64,000 nucleotides of DNA from Tubiluchus corallicola. Its lineage: Eukaryota > Animalia > Priapulida. Below, piece after piece: positions 60,630-64,000 of this stretch. The stretch lies in the NCBI GenBank assembly GCA_030141605.1, contig JAQGDQ010002378.1, positions 280,514 to 344,513 on the forward strand, given 5' to 3'. A program made the translations under genes and the position numbers. The notes under the pieces were generated by a model, which ran no database searches, was not told the DNA's origin, and saw nothing but the letters and a program-made list of their open reading frames with translations. The stretch's first letter is position 1; the number at the start of each line of letters is the position of its first letter.

Positions 60630-62045
60630 CTATAAAAAGAAAACAACTATTTGGAAATCACCGCGAGAATAACCATTATAATAACAAAAATTACTTTCCC
60701 CTGGTGTACCTGTTTTGGTTTATTTTTTACAAAAAAAAATCCAAAACAAACGGACAGTGATAGTTTGGTGTTCGAATCTCAAGAATTCTGTAACCTGGAT
60801 GTTTTGTACATATTATCCCAATCAACGTTAGGATTTTTAGAACTAAGCCTTATATTAAAAAGCTATAATCAAGTCACAAAAACAGGTCGATGGGTTTTAT
60901 TACAATTTCCTACTGTCACCTATAGTTGAAGGCCACAATTTGCGTCACATGCTTTAAACATTGCCAGTCTGTGACAAATGCAGTAAAAGAGATAATTTCA
61001 ATAATTATTGTCAAGTACTGGTTCTACCAGGTCGTGAAGGTCTTACAGGACTTTTGGACAACTTTAACTTTCCCAGGTATTTCGGCCTCAGTAGTATAGA
61101 TGTTTTGCCTCTGGCCGATTTCCCCACCCCCCCTTTGGCTGCCCGGGGGGGTGGGGAAAAACACCCCTAAAAAAGTGCGAAAATCCGCGAAAACCCCTAA
61201 AAAAGTGTGAAAACCCGTGTGAAAGTGCGCACGTGACCGAAATCGACGAAAAAGCGCGAAAAACAAAGAAAAACGAAGAAAAGGCGTGTGAAACGAGGTA
61301 AAAATTTTGCAGTTTTTCCCTCCCGCATGGCTTCATTTGGATCGAATGACCTTGAACTCTAGGTCACGTGACCAAAGTTCATTGACCCCTGGATGGCTTC
61401 TTTTTTTGACACCCCATTTTAAACCGCGCAAAACCGCGCGAAAGCATGTGAAAGTGTGTGAAAGCGCGTGAAAGTGTGTGAAAGTGCGCGAAAGCGTGTG
61501 AAAGTGTGTGAAACGAGGTAAAAAGCGCCTCAAACGAAGAAAAAGGGAGAAGTGGAGTTCCCGCCGAGGACTAATTAGTGCTAATTGGCGCTAATTGGCG
61601 AGCCCCTGCCACCCCTCCGCCGCGTGCAAACGTCCGTCCCGGGGGTCGGGGACACCCCCCCTGCAACCCACCCCTCCGTCACGTGGAATCGTCCATTGCA
61701 GGCAATGAGGGAAATCTTCCCCCCCCCCACTCGCGCAGTGCCGGCCCTTTTCCGCGACCACTTCTCTCTCTCGGGTGCCCTCCCTTTTCCGCGACCACTT
61801 CTCTCGCGGGTTTAGATGTGTGTGTGTGTGTGTGTGTGTGGAGATTTATTTCAAACGCCAAAGTTCGATAAATGCATTTTCACAAATCTTTTTTATTGAT
61901 GGATTACAAAAAATTTTTTTTACATTTTTTTATGCAAAATACATACGTGCTAAAACTAGATTATTATTATTATTATGGTGACGTGATAGTTCTACATTTT
62001 ACGTTTTTTTCGCAAATTACACAAATTATGCAAATTACAGTAAAA

Positions 62046-62646
62046 CTACACTAATGACGACGAGCGAGTACATGGATTGTCGTCGTCGTCGTCGATGTGA
62101 TACAGACAAACGTTATTGTTGTTAAAAACGAATTCGTTAAATTTGCGGAAAACGTGAGAGAAATCCTCGACCTTTGTCCCGCCCATCATTATTATGCTTC
62201 CGGTGTGAAAAATGTTCAGAGTAATTTGCTCGCATTTGCAAGTTAGTTTGGGAAATAGTTCCACTTCGTAAAACACTTCTCTAAAAGAATGCGTCGAAGG
62301 ACGAACGAGTTCTTCGTACAGTGCACCCAGTTTCAATCTGCAGCGAATTTTGGCTCTGGCGGTGATGGTGCGAATTGCGATCCCGTCGGCGGGCGTCAGT
62401 CCGAGACCTTTCGAGAGTTCTTCGATCGCATTGCGTAGTACTTTTTCCTCCGAAAAACCGTTGGCCACCACGGAGCCGGAGGCAAAAATCATCAGCGTCC
62501 CGCCCAGTCGCTTTAGCAGAAGCATTTGCGGTTTTCTTTCGTAGCGTCTTCCGCCCGTTCTCCGCCGGAGTTCGTTCAGATCGAAGCGCTGCGAGAACGA
62601 AGCCGTGGCGACGATGTTGACCGTTTGGACTGACACGTTAGAACAT
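62046..62646 (-). CDS. Divergent TATA-box-binding-protein-like gene (intronless, element-borne)
   Basis: Two TBP repeats: VQTVNIVATASF..FDL...TLMIFASGSVVANG and IAIRTITARAKI...L..L...YEVELFPKL...ITLNIFHTGSIIMMG. The start codon is uncertain (see findings). Confidence 0.85.
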
Positions 62647-63088
62647 AGTTGGCAATCGTTTCGGACGCCCGAACCGCTCTGCCTCGTCCGTTGCTCTGCC
62701 AACGTATGGCGGGCGGCGGGTGGTCGCTTTCCAGATCCTCTACGCGTATGACCACGCGATTTTTGGGGAGATGTTTTTTGACGAAATCGTACATCTCTGC
62801 TCCCTTGACGTAGGTGATCCTGCCTCTGGTGGTCTGTCGTAGAATGTTTTCCAATTCTGCGTACTCGATCATTCCCTCCTCCCACGAGATGCCGTGTATG
62901 TGTCTGATTAGGTAGTTGTAGGTGGATCGCTTGTGCTGGGGAACACGATTCCAGGGGTGGGGCGGTTTGAAGGTGTAGTTGTGATATATGCCGGTCTCTA
63001 TTTCGCGAATTACCAAATTTTTGACCAGGTATTCTTCTTTTCCGCACTGGAAGGCATCTACGGTGAGAACTATGCTCGATTCAGACAT
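62576..63088 (-). CDS. Uncharacterised element ORF, putative DnaQ/DEDD-exonuclease-like fold
   Basis: Pattern VDAF..YLVKNL...HNYTFKPP..W......YL...HGISW..G..EY..L..IL...YVKG.E, recalled from Maverick-associated ORFs in invertebrate genomes; not database-checked. Confidence 0.6.
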   Translation of the reverse strand: MSESSIVLTVDAFQCGKEEYLVKNLVIREIETGIYHNYTFKPPHPWNRVPQHKRSTYNYLIRHIHGISWEEGMIEYAELENILRQTTRGRITYVKGAEMYDFVKKHLPKNRVVIRVEDLESDHPPPAIRWQSNGRGRAVRASETIANYVLTCQSKRSTSSPRLRSRSASI

Positions 63089-63377
63089 CTGTGACGATGG
63101 GGGGTCCTTCTACGCCGTCGGCAACGAGTTTTCCTTCGATGACGATTTGCTTGTGATTGTTCACAAATTCCAGAGACTTGATTTTTTCGAAGGTGTATTT
63201 TTTTATGACCTTGTTGGGGGCACTCTTGCGTGCGTTGGCGCGCTTGCCGCCCCGCGTCCCCGCTTGTTGTTGTTGCTTGCGAGGAACTGGACAAACTGGA
63301 CGGAAAGAAGTCTGCCAGACACGGACGTCGGCACCTCCGCCCCTCCGTGTAAAAGCAGACGCGAGAGAGGGACACGA

Positions 63378-63545
63378 ATGGACATCTTTCGAGAGGAGGA
63401 GGAGGAAGAGGAGAAAGATGATGATAAAGAAGAAGACAAACTCGTAATTTCCGCGACGCCCCCTCCATCGCCGCCGATGGTGCTCACCCCCACTGCCCCC
63501 AAAAAACCTAGAAATCTGAAAGAATGGCTCATCAAAAATGCCTAG
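63378..63545 (+). CDS. Small acidic/Pro-rich ORF, 55 aa
   Basis: MDIFREEEEEEEKDDDKEEDKLVISATPPPSPPMVLTPTAPKKPRNLKEWLIKNA* in the spacer between the arms. Confidence 0.45.
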   Translation: MDIFREEEEEEEKDDDKEEDKLVISATPPPSPPMVLTPTAPKKPRNLKEWLIKNA

Positions 63546-63596
63546 TTGTCGTTAGCGAACAACAATACTATAACTATTGTTCTTCTTCTCTTGCAG

Positions 63597-63827
63597 GATT
63601 TCAAACAACCTCTAACCACCGTTCCTCGCAAGCAACAACAACAAGCGGGGACGCGGGGCGGCAAGCGCGCCAACGCACGCAAGAGTGCCCCCAACAAGGT
63701 CATAAAAAAATACACCTTCGAAAAAATCAAGTCTCTGGAATTTGTGAACAATCACAAGCAAATCGTCATCGAAGGAAAACTCGTTGCCGACGGCGTAGAA
63801 GGACCCCCCATCGTCACAGATGTCTGA
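63597..63827 (+). CDS. Small basic ORF or terminal exon in the element
   Basis: Strong acceptor ttcttcttctcttgcag at 63596, then DFKQPLTTVPRKQQQQAGTRGGKRANARKSAPNK...GPPIVTDV*. Its stop overlaps the next ATG (ATGTCTGA). Confidence 0.5.
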   Translation, partial: DFKQPLTTVPRKQQQQAGTRGGKRANARKSAPNKVIKKYTFEKIKSLEFVNNHKQIVIEGKLVADGVEGPPIVTDV

Positions 63828-64000
63828 ATCGAGCATAGTTCTCACCGTAGATGCCTTCCAGTGCGGAAAAGAAGAATACCTGGTCAAAAATTTGGTAATT
63901 CGCGAAATAGAGACCGGCATATATCACAACTACACCTTCAAACCGCCCCACCCCTGGAATCGCGTTCCCCAGCACAAGCGATCCACCTACAACTACCTAA
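63820..64000 (+). CDS. Second (mirror) copy of the exonuclease-like ORF, partial
   Basis: MSESSIVLTVDAFQ..., identical in protein to 63088-62908; runs off the window. Confidence 0.7.
   Translation, partial: MSESSIVLTVDAFQCGKEEYLVKNLVIREIETGIYHNYTFKPPHPWNRVPQHKRSTYNYL

Larger units (their letters stand above)
61090..64000. mobile_element. Polinton/Maverick-like endogenous viral element (left end; continues beyond the window)
   Basis: Abrupt shift to GC/CpG-rich sequence starting AGTAGT (Polinton-type terminus); ~700 bp of non-coding subterminal repeats; compact overlapping ORFs. No pPolB, integrase or capsid gene is visible in the window, so the class is inferred. Confidence 0.65.
62908..64000. 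repeat. Near-perfect inverted repeat: arms 62908-63287 and 63621-64000 (open-ended), 333-bp spacer
   Basis: Manual comparison gives 379/380 identity; the single mismatch is 62945/63963. Confidence 0.97.

Noticed and set aside
60700-61089. Candidate extra RhoGEF exons
   Set aside because: I could not find a splice-phase combination joining them to the 60629 exon, so they are left unannotated.
62647-63047. N-terminal 130 aa of the 333-aa TBP-containing ORF
   Set aside because: It overlaps the exonuclease-like ORF in another frame and looks like shadow sequence; TBP similarity starts only near 62640.

Overview
AT-rich, intron-containing genomic DNA from an invertebrate animal; the phylum cannot be fixed from sequence alone. 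Left to right: the 3' part of a CYP2-clan cytochrome P450 (+); a dispersed minus-strand 5S rRNA array (five full-length-size copies, one of them degenerate, plus one half copy, in ~0.8-0.9 kb units), interrupted by a C-type lectin exon, 5S pseudogenes, a LINE relic, a 17-bp satellite and a truncated BEL/Pao retrotransposon; three secreted structural-type genes (a Gly/Tyr-rich protein, a Tyr/His-rich protein, and a GH18 chitinase-like protein with ~41 copies of a 14-aa His/Tyr/Glu repeat and a C-terminal chitin-binding domain); a PLEKHG7-like DH-PH RhoGEF (-); and, from 61090, a GC-richer Polinton/Maverick-like element. That element begins AGTAGT, carries a divergent intronless TATA-binding-protein-like gene and an exonuclease-like ORF, and contains a near-perfect inverted duplication that runs off the window end. 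The two best leads are the TBP-carrying virus-like element and the His-rich chitinase/structural-protein cluster. All family assignments come from motif recognition by eye, not database searches.
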